A stretch of DNA of 64,000 nucleotides from Octopus sinensis (lineage: Eukaryota), in assembly GCF_006345805.1 (NCBI RefSeq), contig NC_043022.1, forward strand, positions 10,974,001-11,038,000, written 5' to 3'. The notes under the pieces were generated by a model that worked only from the letters and a program-made list of their open reading frames with translations, was not told the DNA's origin and made no database searches. The position numbers were made by a program, and so were the translations under genes. Of the stretch, positions 63,606-64,000 are shown piece by piece (positions within the stretch are counted from its first letter, which is position 1; each line of letters begins with the position of its first letter).

Positions 63606-64000
63606 ACCAATGCAGACTGCGTTCAGACGACATGATAATCTATGATGACCCCCGGAATCGAAAGGCTTACCACAAGACATCTCATTCCCCTGTATATGTC
63701 AGCGCTGACTCTGAGGGCGATGGAGAAGCGGAATTTATCAAAGCTAAGAAAGCTACGAATGTTTGCCAAGAGCAAAGTGTCTTCATTGGCACTCACAGAA
63801 AATAGACTGCTCCTTGAGTATTGATTAGATTAAAAAGAAATGTTTGAAATGTGTTTTGATTGTAAATTGTTCCAAACTCTGTGAATCAAATTTCGCCGCT
63901 CAGGAACTAACAATCGAAGTTCCCTCTACAGTTGTAGAGCCTCATCCACCTCATTTTTAGCGCTAGTTCAAGTTGGAAAGAATAAGATGTTATCCATAAT

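Noticed and set aside
63299-63805. 168-aa ORF spanning the X run
   Set aside because: Artificially bridges the 100-N assembly gap

Overview
AT-rich, microsatellite- and retroelement-dense eukaryotic DNA. From recall, the repeat families and (TA)n load look like an Octopus/coleoid cephalopod genome; this is an inference, not a search result. One host gene is present, on the minus strand. It has 19 spliced coding exons from 57797 down to 9964 that join in phase into 754 codons with no stop. The translation matches the N-terminal half of the ciliary central-pair protein CFAP74 (coiled coil, then KPDVIHFKDIEVGK...FHPPGLLSPGMACELFVTFKP...VDFGQTV...IGPYSSV). I could not find the next exon, so the gene probably continues beyond position 1. 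The introns hold tRNA-derived SINEs, RTE and CR1-like LINE fragments, Penelope-like element (PLE) pieces, Tc1/mariner relics, MITEs, a Gypsy fragment and one 5S rRNA copy. The most notable hidden structure is a set of self-cleaving-RNA motifs carried by retroelements. These are five type I hammerheads plus one weak candidate, most with palindromic helix III loops; one (1081-1170) has an intact core and an inverted duplication starting at its cleavage site. There is also a CPEB3/HDV-like ribozyme fold at the 5' end of a ~700 bp RTE derivative. Other oddities are a 5S-SINE head-to-tail unit, a hairpin-rich 60-bp VNTR in an RTE 3' UTR, five long intronic inverted repeats, a GC-AG donor and a 26-nt microexon. 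Most ORFs in the supplied track are repeat artefacts. All homology calls are from motif recall; no searches were run.
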